From Candidatus Aenigmarchaeota archaeon ex4484_224 (GTDB lineage Archaea > Aenigmatarchaeota > Aenigmatarchaeia > CG10238-14 > EX4484-224), in the NCBI GenBank assembly GCA_002254545.1, contig NJEA01000001.1:1-41459 (forward strand): DNA of 41,459 nt. The letters are read 5' to 3'. The notes under the pieces are model-generated. The model was not told where the DNA came from. It ran no database searches and saw nothing but the letters and a program-made list of their open reading frames with translations. Every line of letters begins with the position of its first letter. Positions within the stretch are counted from its first letter, which is position 1. The position numbers and the translations under genes were made by a program. Positions 9,885 to 18,900 of this stretch are shown here, one piece after another.

Positions 9885-10496
9885 ATGGATAAAAAGAAAA
9901 TTGAAATTTTACTTTCGAAAACAAAAGAAATTAAAAAACCAAAAATTTTTTTAGAACAATATACAATTTCTTCTAGCTTAGCAGCAGAAATTTTAAATTT
10001 TGCTTATTTGCATAGAGATTTAAAAAATAAAATAGTTGTTGATCTTGGATGTGGAACTGGAAGATTAGCAATTGGTTCTTTCTTTTACAAAACAAAAATT
10101 TCAATTGGAATTGATATAGATAAAGAAGTTATAAAAATTGCAAAAGAAAATGCAAAAAAATTGAAAGTAAAGGTTTATTTTCTTCTAGCAGATATTCAAA
10201 AAATTAATTTGAAAAATGTTGATACAATAATTCAAAATCCTCCGTTTGGAACTAGAAAAAAACATTATGATTTAATTTTTCTAAAAAAAGCATTTGAAAT
10301 GGCTAAAGTTGTATATAGTTTGCATAGCTATAGTGAAAAATCAATAGATTTTTTAGAAAATTTTGCAAAAAGATTTAATTTTAAACTAGACAAAGCAATT
10401 AAACTTAAATTTAAAATCAAACATTCGTATAAATTCCATAAAAAGCCTGTTAAAAGCTTTGATGTAATGCTTTTAAGATTTCAAAAGTTTTTTTAA
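9885..10496 (+). CDS. METTL5-like SAM-dependent (rRNA N6-adenine) methyltransferase
   Basis: 203 aa. 'LEQYTISS', 'DLGCGTGRLAIG' and 'IIQNPPFGTRKK' (NPPF motif). Confidence 0.75.
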   Translation: MDKKKIEILLSKTKEIKKPKIFLEQYTISSSLAAEILNFAYLHRDLKNKIVVDLGCGTGRLAIGSFFYKTKISIGIDIDKEVIKIAKENAKKLKVKVYFLLADIQKINLKNVDTIIQNPPFGTRKKHYDLIFLKKAFEMAKVVYSLHSYSEKSIDFLENFAKRFNFKLDKAIKLKFKIKHSYKFHKKPVKSFDVMLLRFQKFF

Positions 10497-10928
10497 CTTT
10501 CTATCAAAAGTTTTAATTTCTTTAACAATTTCTTTCTCATTTTTTATTAATCCAAATAAAATTAATTTAAAATGACTTTTGAGCAAACCTCTATGTTTTT
10601 TAATTTTTCTATATTTAATACCAATCTCTCTTTCAAATCCTTCTAAAAATTTTTCTTTTATTTCTTTCCTCAATTTTTCAAACTTAATCACTTTACTTTT
10701 TCCTTTTTTAGTTAAAGAATAAACAATTATTTTATCTTTCTTAGAACTTTTTACTAAACCTTCTTTTTCCATCTTTCTAAGCAAAGGATATATGGTTCCT
10801 GGAGAAGGTTTCCAAAATTTTGTTCTTTTCTCGATTTCTTTAATTATTTCATATCCATGCATTCTTCTTTTGTTTAGAATAGCTAGAATCATAGCTTTAA
10901 GAAAACCTCTGAATACAATTTTTTTCAT
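10473..10928 (-). CDS. PadR-family transcriptional regulator
   Basis: 'ILAILNKRRMHGYEIIKEIEKRT...WKPSPGTIYPLLRKMEKEGLV' is a typical PadR winged helix. Confidence 0.8.
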   Translation of the reverse strand: MKKIVFRGFLKAMILAILNKRRMHGYEIIKEIEKRTKFWKPSPGTIYPLLRKMEKEGLVKSSKKDKIIVYSLTKKGKSKVIKFEKLRKEIKEKFLEGFEREIGIKYRKIKKHRGLLKSHFKLILFGLIKNEKEIVKEIKTFDRKLKKLLKS

Positions 10929-10932
10929 AAAA

Positions 10933-10951
10933 ATATATCGAAACGATATAT
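10933..10951. promoter_or_regulatory. Inverted repeat ATATATCG-N3-CGATATAT overlapping the shared A/T box of the divergent padR and ABC promoters (candidate PadR operator)
   Basis: Read directly at 10933-10940 and 10944-10951. It lies 5 nt from the padR start, and 'TTTAAATAAA' follows about 27 nt before ATG 10983. Confidence 0.45.
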
Positions 10952-10982
10952 TTAAATAAATTTTCTAACACTATCATAAATT

Positions 10983-11666
10983 ATGAAGCCTTTAATTTCT
11001 CTAAGAAATGTTTGGAAAATTTATGGAAAAGGAACAAAAGTTTATGCCTTGAGAAGTGTAAATTTTAAAGTTTATCCAAATGATTTTATTGCGGTCCTTG
11101 GACCTTCTGGTTCTGGTAAATCAACTTTGTTGCATATAATGGGAACTTTAGATATACCAACAAAAGGAGATGTTTTCATTGATGGAATAAACATTTCAAA
11201 ATTAAGTGAAAAAGAACTTGCAGAAATAAGAAGAGAAAAAATTGGTTTTGTTTTTCAATTCTTTTATCTTTTTCCAACTTTAACAGCTTTAGAAAATGTA
11301 ATGCTTCCCATGACATTTTTAAAAATACCTAAAAGCGAAAAAAGAAAAAGAGCCCTTGAATTATTAAAATTAGTTGGGTTAGAAAAAAGAGCAAATCATT
11401 TACCCAATCAACTTTCTGGTGGAGAAAGACAAAGAGTTGCTATAGCAAGAGCTTTAGCAAACAATCCGAAAATTGTTTTGGCAGATGAACCAACAGGAAA
11501 TTTAGATTCAAAATCTGGTAAAAAAATTCTTGAGTTACTTAAAAAGCTAAATAAAGAAAGAAAAGTTACAATAGTTTTGGTTACTCATAACTTAGAAATG
11601 GCTAAATTTGCAAAGAAAAAAGTATTTATAAAAGATGGAAGAATTTTAGAAGGGAGAAAAAGATGA
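10983..11666 (+). CDS. ABC transporter ATP-binding protein (MacB/LolD-type)
   Basis: Walker A 'GPSGSGKST', signature 'LSGGERQR', Walker B 'VLADEPT'. ATGA overlap with the next gene. Confidence 0.9.
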   Translation: MKPLISLRNVWKIYGKGTKVYALRSVNFKVYPNDFIAVLGPSGSGKSTLLHIMGTLDIPTKGDVFIDGINISKLSEKELAEIRREKIGFVFQFFYLFPTLTALENVMLPMTFLKIPKSEKRKRALELLKLVGLEKRANHLPNQLSGGERQRVAIARALANNPKIVLADEPTGNLDSKSGKKILELLKKLNKERKVTIVLVTHNLEMAKFAKKKVFIKDGRILEGRKR

Positions 11667-12796
11667 AGATAGAAAAAGTTTTGTTTGCATCAATTATAAT
11701 GATTTTGTTTTTAGTTCAGACTGCAAACTCTTCTTCACTTCAAATTTCATACTCTTTAAAAGATTCCTCAATTTACACAAATTCACAAACAACACTTTTA
11801 ATTCAACTAACAAATCTTGCAACTAATGAAATAAAAGATATAAAAATAACTCTTTTTTCAGATTCTTTAGAAATTTCTCCACAATTTCTTACAATTGATA
11901 AACTTTCTCCTTCAAACTCAATAGAATCATCTTTTATAATTAACTCAAAGTATTCAAAAGAAACCAGCTATAAAACAATCACTTTAACAATAGATTATAA
12001 AATTGAATCAAATAGCTATGAAAAAACAATTGTAATTCCAATAAAAGTTATTTCTAAACCAAACTTAGATCTTGTTTTAACTTCAAACAATTCAATTCAA
12101 CCAAATGAAGAAAAAGAACTCATTTTTAATTTAATAAACAATGGAGATGGGATAGCTAGAGATGTTCAAATAACATTTAACCAATCTTCTTTAATCTTTG
12201 AACAAACTTCAATTTTCATAAAAGAAATTCAACCAAACGAACAAATACCGATAAAAATTAAAGTAATTCCAAATCCAGATGTATATCCAAATTTATACCA
12301 AATTCAAGCTTTATTGACTTATTTTGATTCTTCAAGAACAATTTCTTTTTCTTCACAAAAATTAATTCCAATAAAAATTTATGAAAAACCAAAAATTTTA
12401 ATAACTCTTGAAAATTTAGATATACAAAATGATAAAGGATATATAGAAATTAAAATTTCTAACGCTGGGAAATCAAAAATTTTCTACGCTAAAGCAGAAA
12501 TTAATTCTTCTCTGCCATTAAAATCTTCAAATATAATTTACATTGGAAATATAGATCCAGATGATTACGATATAGAAAGAATTGAATTTGTTCCAACTTC
12601 GAACAAAAATCAAATCCAAATAAATCTAAGCTTTCAAGACGTTTTTGGAAATAACTATAATTTAGCAAAAACTTTCTATATCGAGATCACAAAAAAAGAA
12701 AGTAAAAACTATTCAATCTACTTTTTAGCTCTAATAATTTTAATTCTTATAGCAATTTTCTTTGTTTACAAAAAAATTAAGAAAAAGAGAAAATGA
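11663..12796 (+). CDS. Secreted, C-terminally membrane-anchored repeat protein (CARDB / S-layer-like COG1361-type)
   Basis: It has an N-terminal signal-like helix and a C-terminal TM plus basic tail 'IYFLALIILILIAIFFVYKKIKKKRK'. About three similar S/T/N/I-rich beta-type modules are present, each with '...NNGDGIARDV'-like CARDB features. Confidence 0.55.
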   Translation: MKIEKVLFASIIMILFLVQTANSSSLQISYSLKDSSIYTNSQTTLLIQLTNLATNEIKDIKITLFSDSLEISPQFLTIDKLSPSNSIESSFIINSKYSKETSYKTITLTIDYKIESNSYEKTIVIPIKVISKPNLDLVLTSNNSIQPNEEKELIFNLINNGDGIARDVQITFNQSSLIFEQTSIFIKEIQPNEQIPIKIKVIPNPDVYPNLYQIQALLTYFDSSRTISFSSQKLIPIKIYEKPKILITLENLDIQNDKGYIEIKISNAGKSKIFYAKAEINSSLPLKSSNIIYIGNIDPDDYDIERIEFVPTSNKNQIQINLSFQDVFGNNYNLAKTFYIEITKKESKNYSIYFLALIILILIAIFFVYKKIKKKRK

Positions 12797-14037
12797 TTCT
12801 AGAAATTTTATCTTTAATTTTTAAAAACTTAAAACAAAGAAAAGTTAGAACTTTTCTAACTTTGCTTGGAATTATAATTGGAATTGCTGCTTTGGTTGGA
12901 ATGGTTGGAGCAACAAAAGGAATTAATCAAGCAATTTATGAACAATTAAAATCTTTTAGATCAGATTGGATAATTGTTTTACCTGGAAAATTAAAATTCG
13001 GTTTTATGCCTTCTTTTTCTTCTTCCATTTTACCCCTTCTTTCAGATAAAGATATCCAAGCAATAGAAAAAATTCCAGGAGTAAAAATGGCAATGGGAAT
13101 TTATGTTAAAACTTTGCCAATTACTTATAAAAAGGAAACCCTCTATTTACAAGTTTGGGGAGTAGATCCAGAAAAATTTAAACAAATTGATACTTTGGGA
13201 ATTTGGAAAGGAAGATATCTTTCTTCAAAAGATAAATATTCAGTCATTTTTGGATATCTAGCTGCTAACGATTTATTTGAAGAAAAAATTCGAGTAAAGA
13301 AAAAAGTTTTAATCGATAACAAAGAGTTTGAAGTTGTTGGCATAAGAAACAAATATGGAGGTTTACTTTCTCAAACTGAAGATGAAATAGTAATCATTCC
13401 TTTGAAAACAATGGAAAAAGATTTTAGTCATACAAAAGGTATATATCGAATGATTGTTGCTAAAATTGATTCTAATGTTAATCCTAAAGAATTAGAAGAT
13501 AAAGTTAAGTTTGCTTTATGTCAAGAAAGAAAAAATTGTGGAAATGAAGATTTCTTCTTAATTACTCCAACATTTGTTCAAAAAACAATTTCCCAAATTT
13601 CTTTTTTATTAACAACAATGCTCGGAGGAATTGCAAGTATTTCTTTAATTGTTGGAATGATTGGAATTGCAAATACTATGTATACTTCAGTTTTAGAAAG
13701 AACTAGAGAGATCGGAATTTTAAAAGCAATTGGATTTAGTTCTAGAACTATTATGATAATGTTTATGTTAGAATCAGGAATAATAGGTTTAATAGGTGGA
13801 ATAATAGGAATTATTTTGGGATATGGATTGGGAGAAGGATTTTTAGTAATTAGAAATTACATGACGATTTCTTCTGAACTTGTTCAACATCGACCAACAA
13901 CTGCCCATATGGTTTTATCTTATGATTTGATAATAGAAAGTCTGCTTCTTTCTTTTTTTGTTGGAATTTTAGCTGGAGTTTTTCCTGCAAGAAAAGCTGC
14001 CAAACTTCCAGCTGTAGAGGCTTTGAGATATGAATAA
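12793..14037 (+). CDS. ABC transporter permease, FtsX/MacB-type
   Basis: It has an N-terminal TM, a large extracytoplasmic domain and a C-terminal FtsX-like 3-TM bundle ('ERTREIGILKAIGFS'). Confidence 0.85.
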   Translation: MILEILSLIFKNLKQRKVRTFLTLLGIIIGIAALVGMVGATKGINQAIYEQLKSFRSDWIIVLPGKLKFGFMPSFSSSILPLLSDKDIQAIEKIPGVKMAMGIYVKTLPITYKKETLYLQVWGVDPEKFKQIDTLGIWKGRYLSSKDKYSVIFGYLAANDLFEEKIRVKKKVLIDNKEFEVVGIRNKYGGLLSQTEDEIVIIPLKTMEKDFSHTKGIYRMIVAKIDSNVNPKELEDKVKFALCQERKNCGNEDFFLITPTFVQKTISQISFLLTTMLGGIASISLIVGMIGIANTMYTSVLERTREIGILKAIGFSSRTIMIMFMLESGIIGLIGGIIGIILGYGLGEGFLVIRNYMTISSELVQHRPTTAHMVLSYDLIIESLLLSFFVGILAGVFPARKAAKLPAVEALRYE

Positions 14038-14038
14038 T

Positions 14039-14422
14039 TCATCCAAAATATTGTGAATAAAGCTTATATCTTGATGAATTTAGATATAATTCAAAACTTA
14101 CATTCCTTTGAACTGAATTACAAACCAAAATGTTATAATTTAAAACTATTTTCATTCCTTTTGAAACTCCATAATCTTCCACAAAATTTTTAAATTCTTC
14201 TAAATTCCAACTTAAATCATTACAATCTTTTGATTTTTTAACAACTTCTATTGATTTTTTGTAAATGTTGTTAAAAACAAAAATTTCATCGTCTAAAGCA
14301 ATTTGAGAAATATCTATCATTCTTAAAGGAATTATTTGTTTACTAATTAAATACATAGCTCCAATTATAACAACAGCACTTAAAATAAAAAATTGACCTT
14401 TATAATTCGATAATTTGCGCAT
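14039..14422 (-). CDS. Putative archaeal type IV pilin-like protein (class III signal peptide)
   Basis: The N-terminus 'MRKLSNYKG/QFFILSAVVIIGAMYLI' is a basic stretch, a KGQ cleavage-type motif and a hydrophobic helix. The rest has no recognisable family. Confidence 0.4.
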   Translation of the reverse strand: MRKLSNYKGQFFILSAVVIIGAMYLISKQIIPLRMIDISQIALDDEIFVFNNIYKKSIEVVKKSKDCNDLSWNLEEFKNFVEDYGVSKGMKIVLNYNILVCNSVQRNVSFELYLNSSRYKLYSQYFG

Positions 14423-14705
14423 GCTTAATTCCCTTAAATTCTATTACATTTTCTTTCTCTATAAGATTTTCTCTAATTGCAATTTCAACTATTTTATTTC
14501 CAAATAAATTTGCAATAGTAGCTTTTTTAATCAACTCAATAGCATTTTTTTCATCTATTAATTTTCCACCATAAAATTCTTCGCTTATTTCAATTTCAAA
14601 ATTTTCTTTAATTTTTATTTTTTTACCAAGCAATTCCTCGTCACAAATTGCAACAACTAAATCATCTTTGATTTCATGAATTTTTGCCCAGAACAAAAAT
14701 TTCAC
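14400..14705 (-). CDS. DUF424-family protein
   Basis: 101 aa with a GTG start. 'VVAICDEELLGKK...EFYGG...ATIANLFGNKIVEIAI...GIKHAQI' fits the DUF424 pattern. Confidence 0.55.
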   Translation of the reverse strand: MKFLFWAKIHEIKDDLVVAICDEELLGKKIKIKENFEIEISEEFYGGKLIDEKNAIELIKKATIANLFGNKIVEIAIRENLIEKENVIEFKGIKHAQIIEL

Positions 14706-14824
14706 CTAATATATCCTAGCAAAATTAAAATAATTAAAATTACTGGAATTAACATCAAAATAATCCAAACAACTAAAGAAAATTTATAAACTCTATCAAT
14801 GATTTTTTCCCATCTACTTTTCAA
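14702..14824 (-). CDS. Possible unannotated 40-aa single-TM micro-protein (TTG start)
   Basis: My own translation of the minus strand gives (M)KSRWEKIIDRVYKFSLVVWIILMLIPVILIILILLGYIR. It fills the gap between aIF2beta and DUF424, with TTTGA and GTGA overlaps. Confidence 0.25.
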   Translation of the reverse strand: MKSRWEKIIDRVYKFSLVVWIILMLIPVILIILILLGYIR

Positions 14825-15231
14825 ATTTTCTCTATTGGATATTTTGCCCCGCATGCTTCACACTTTATAAACCAAATTCTTCTTTCTTTGACAATTTTTG
14901 TATCTGGCTGTCCACAAACTTTACAAATAACATATTCTTTAACAAATTTTTCTAACTTCTTTTGAACATTCGTAAATTGTAAATTAGATTGAAATATTAA
15001 AAATTTTCCTTGTTCATAAGCTGGGGATGCTAACTCTCTAGATAAAAATCTAGCAACTAATCTCTTATCTCTTTTCAAATATTCACAAATTTCTTCAAAA
15101 TTTCTTAAAATTGTTTTTCTTCCTTGATATTCTAAATTAACTACTGGCATTTGAAATCTCTTAGTTCCACTAACTTCTTTTCCAGCACTTTCTCTAGCCT
15201 TTTTTAACAATTGAAAATAATCAAATTCCAT
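14821..15231 (-). CDS. eif2b: Translation initiation factor aIF-2 beta subunit
   Basis: 136 aa with the C-terminal zinc ribbon 'CKVCGQPDT...KCEACGA' and a central 'RFLSRELA' region. Confidence 0.9.
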   Translation of the reverse strand: MEFDYFQLLKKARESAGKEVSGTKRFQMPVVNLEYQGRKTILRNFEEICEYLKRDKRLVARFLSRELASPAYEQGKFLIFQSNLQFTNVQKKLEKFVKEYVICKVCGQPDTKIVKERRIWFIKCEACGAKYPIEKI

Positions 15232-15241
15232 AACCTATTTT

Positions 15242-15970
15242 CTACTTTTTAATAATTTTAAATTTACCTGGCAATGGTTCAAAAATAATTCCTTCATTCC
15301 AAAGCTCTTCAATTATTTCTTCTATTTGATTTTCTGGTAAATCTAAAACTTCAAATATTTTACCAATTTCAACACCTTCTCCTTCATCCAAATTTTCTAA
15401 AATCTCAACAATTTTTTTCTTATAATCTTCTTTTCCAACAGAAAATGAAAGCAAATATTTTAAACTTTCTTCATCAATTCCATATCTTTGCTTAGCATAA
15501 TTTAAAACATTTTCAAACTCAAGCTTTTCGGAAAGTTCTTTTAATTCTTTTGCAATTTTTTGTTTTTCTCTTAAAATTTCAACTATTTCAGCTTTCCTAT
15601 GAACTTCTTCATTTGGATCTTCCACTTTTCTTATTATTTCCAAATTCACATAATTTTCCCCATTAAAATTTCTTATTCTTCCAATAATCAAAACCAAATC
15701 ACCAATTTCAAATTTATTTGCTAAGCTTGCTTTTTCTTTAAATGCCTTAACTCTTATTGCTTCTGTTCCATCGTCTAAAACAAAAGAAAGATAACTTCCA
15801 TCTTCACTTAAAAATTTCTCAGTAATAGTTCCAATTATATTAACTCTTGAAATTTTTTCTCCATATGGAGTTATTAAATAAGATGGGATTCTTTTTTCTT
15901 GATCTCCAGCTACAAATTTTCCATTAACTATATCCACAATTCTAACTTTTTTTGCAGTTAATCTTTCCAT
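15242..15970 (-). CDS. RPA32/Rpa2-like OB-fold ssDNA-binding protein with C-terminal winged-helix-like domain
   Basis: 'VNIIGTITEKF...FVLDDGTEAIRVKAF...GDLVLIIGRIRNFNGENYVNLEIIRKVEDPNEEVHR' resembles the RPA32/Stn1 OB fold. It lies immediately downstream of mcm. Confidence 0.5.
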   Translation of the reverse strand: MERLTAKKVRIVDIVNGKFVAGDQEKRIPSYLITPYGEKISRVNIIGTITEKFLSEDGSYLSFVLDDGTEAIRVKAFKEKASLANKFEIGDLVLIIGRIRNFNGENYVNLEIIRKVEDPNEEVHRKAEIVEILREKQKIAKELKELSEKLEFENVLNYAKQRYGIDEESLKYLLSFSVGKEDYKKKIVEILENLDEGEGVEIGKIFEVLDLPENQIEEIIEELWNEGIIFEPLPGKFKIIKK

Positions 15971-15972
15971 GA

Positions 15973-18900
15973 TTACAACCTACTTAAAACTCCAGGCTTT
16001 GGAGAATAGAGATATCCTTCTCTTTGCATTTTCCTCAAAATTTCTTCAACATCATCTATTCCTTTTTCCTTAGCAACTCTAATAATTTCATCTTGAGGAA
16101 TTTCCTTTCCAAAAACATTTTCCAAATCTTCAATTATACTTAGAATTGTTCTAATCTTTCCTCTTTGAGTAGCTGTAAATTTAGCACCTTCTGCTTTATC
16201 TATATCTATTTGACCAGTTTCTGGCTCGAAACCAAACTGCCTTAAAGAAACACTCATTAATCTAATAGCTCTCAAAGCATCTTCTTTTGTAACATATTCT
16301 CTTAATTGAATTCTAGCAGAAGCTTCAGCTAATCTCATTAGAGCATCGTATTGTCTAGGAGTAATAGCTATTGGACTTTCTCCACCAGATTTTTCTCTTA
16401 AACTTAAATAAAATTCTTTTAAAACTTGAGCAGCTTCTTCTGTCATTTTTGGTTTAACTTTACTCCTTGCATAAGCAATATATTTTCTTAACAAATCTGG
16501 AGGAATTGGAGGCTTAACCTCTTCATCTTTTCCAAAATATCTTGTTTTAAGGATATGATCTGCTAATTTTGCATCAACATCTGGATTTGGAATATCTCTT
16601 AAAGCAAACTTTAAATCAAACCTTGAAAGTAAAGTTTCAGGTATATCTACTTGATCTCTTACAGGCAAATAAGGATCGAATCTTCCAAGTTTTGGATTTC
16701 CTCCAGCCAAAATTGCTGTTCTTGCAGGTAAAGTAGCTACTATACTAGCTTTTGCTATACTGATAGTATTATGCAATATTAGTCCGTGAGAAATAAACTT
16801 GTGTGTTTGTACAGTAACATCATAAACCCAATCGGTTTTGTATTTTCCTTTATTTGGTATTTTTCTAACTTTTTTAATTCTTAGCCATCTATAATTTTCA
16901 AGTTGTTCAAGTGCTTCTAATTCTTTAAGCTTAGTTTCAAGAAAATTTCTTAGGGAAGATAAAATTCTTTCTTCAATCATTTTTCTTTTTCTTTCAGTAT
17001 AACCACCATAGAAAAAATATTTGATAGAAGATTCATTAAGATTTGAAATTTTCGAAATTAAATTAAAAGAAAAGTTTAGTTCTTTTTTTAACTTTTTCAA
17101 ATTTCCTTTCTCAATCAATTCAATTCCACTTCTAATTTTTTTAGCTATGTTTTCATAAATTTTTGAGAATCTTTCTTTTGTAATTCCATAGTTTAGTTCA
17201 ATGTTTTTGTTTAAACTTCCATCATACATCCTGAAAATTTTCAAAATATCTCTTAACTTTCTTGCAACATATGTTGGAAGTATATCATGATGTCTTATCT
17301 TTTTTCTTTTAATGTCTTTATTTTCAAAAATCTTTGAAAATATAGGTATAGAATCCCCTGTGACATATAATTTCCAATATGTTCTTCCAAATTGTTTAAA
17401 TTCATGAATTCTTGAAAAAATTTGTAATTTAAGTAGTAAATCTTGAAGATCTTCTACCAATTCTCTAGAAGAAGATGTATAAGATGGAATTTTCTTAGAA
17501 CTTCCATCTCCTAAAAACATTGCTAAAATGAATTCTTTTACCAAGTTTTTATTTAACGAAAATACAACTTTTGGAATTCTTTTAAACTTAGACAATTTCA
17601 TTAATTCATCAAAATTTTGCTTCATCCATAGATACACATCTTTCGAAATAATCCTGAGTGTTCTGTTTCTGTCTGTATAATCCATTGGAGTTATAGAAAA
17701 AGTTTCTTTTATCGTAGAAATTATTCTATTTGATAAAATAGGTGAAGAATTGGAAATTCCAACTTCATAAGAAGAACCTTTGTATGAATAACCTTCACTT
17801 ACAAAAAATCCTAGAAATCGAGATAGTGAAGGTGCGACTTTGGTTGGAAGATTAATTCTTTTCCTACCAGTTTTGGTAATCCCTTCCAGAATTTGATCAC
17901 TTGAAAATATTTCTAAATTTCTAACTCCAGGAACAAATAAATCTTTAGTTATTTTATTAGCTTCCTCAGTCATTATCTTACCATTTTTAAAAATAAAAAC
18001 TGGATGTTCTGGTGTCACTAAAATTTTTCTACCATTAGAATATGTTATTTCTATAAAATAATCTGGAGCTTTATGTCTGCTAACCCTTAAAACCTTTACT
18101 GGTGTTATTTTTTTGCCATCATAATCTAAAAGTTTGAAGTTAAGATTAGATACATCTAAAATTTCACAATTTATTCCTTCTACAATTCTATTTTTGTATT
18201 TTTTCATCAAATCTTCTACAAAATCTCCAATTTTATGCTTACTACCATCTGCAAACATTATTTCAAAACTTGGATGATAGCTTTGCTGCTCCATCGCTTC
18301 ATGCAAAGCAACCTGATCCTGTTTATCAACTTTTTCAAATTCATCTATAGCACATAAACTACCATTAGCTAAAACTAAAGCTCCAGCTTCTAAAACCCAA
18401 CCTCCTAAAAATTCTTCATCTCTTACAACAGTCGCTGTTAAACCAGCATAAGTAACTCCTTTTCCAGAAACATATCTTCCTCTTGGTATTAACCCTGCCA
18501 CAACTCTCATCAAAGCCGATTTAGCTGTATTATGAACAACAATTCCGTTCGCAACAAATCTCTTATATTTTGGAACTTCTATATCATAAACAGTTTCTGG
18601 AGGATGATAAACAATCTTTACAACCCTTTCCCACATTTTATTATGTCTTCTATGCTTGTATCTCTTGAGTAACTTAAGCAATTTTTTAAGTTTTTCTTTT
18701 TTCTTCTTAGAGTTAAATCCTATATTTTTTGCAAATTTCTCTATTGAATTTGCTTGTCTAATCATTAGGTTATTCCCATATATCCTAGAGTGAATTCCGA
18801 ATCTTAATAATAGAATTTGAATATCTCTTAAAAGCTCTATGTTTTTTGATTTGAATAAAATTCCATTCTTTCCTCTCCCCCCAGCTATTACTGAACCATC

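Noticed and set aside
11663-12796. Internal repeats of the 377-aa surface protein as a possible hypervariable or DGR target
   Set aside because: No reverse transcriptase, no template-repeat/variable-repeat pair and no nucleotide-level repeat was visible. The similarity is only at the domain level.
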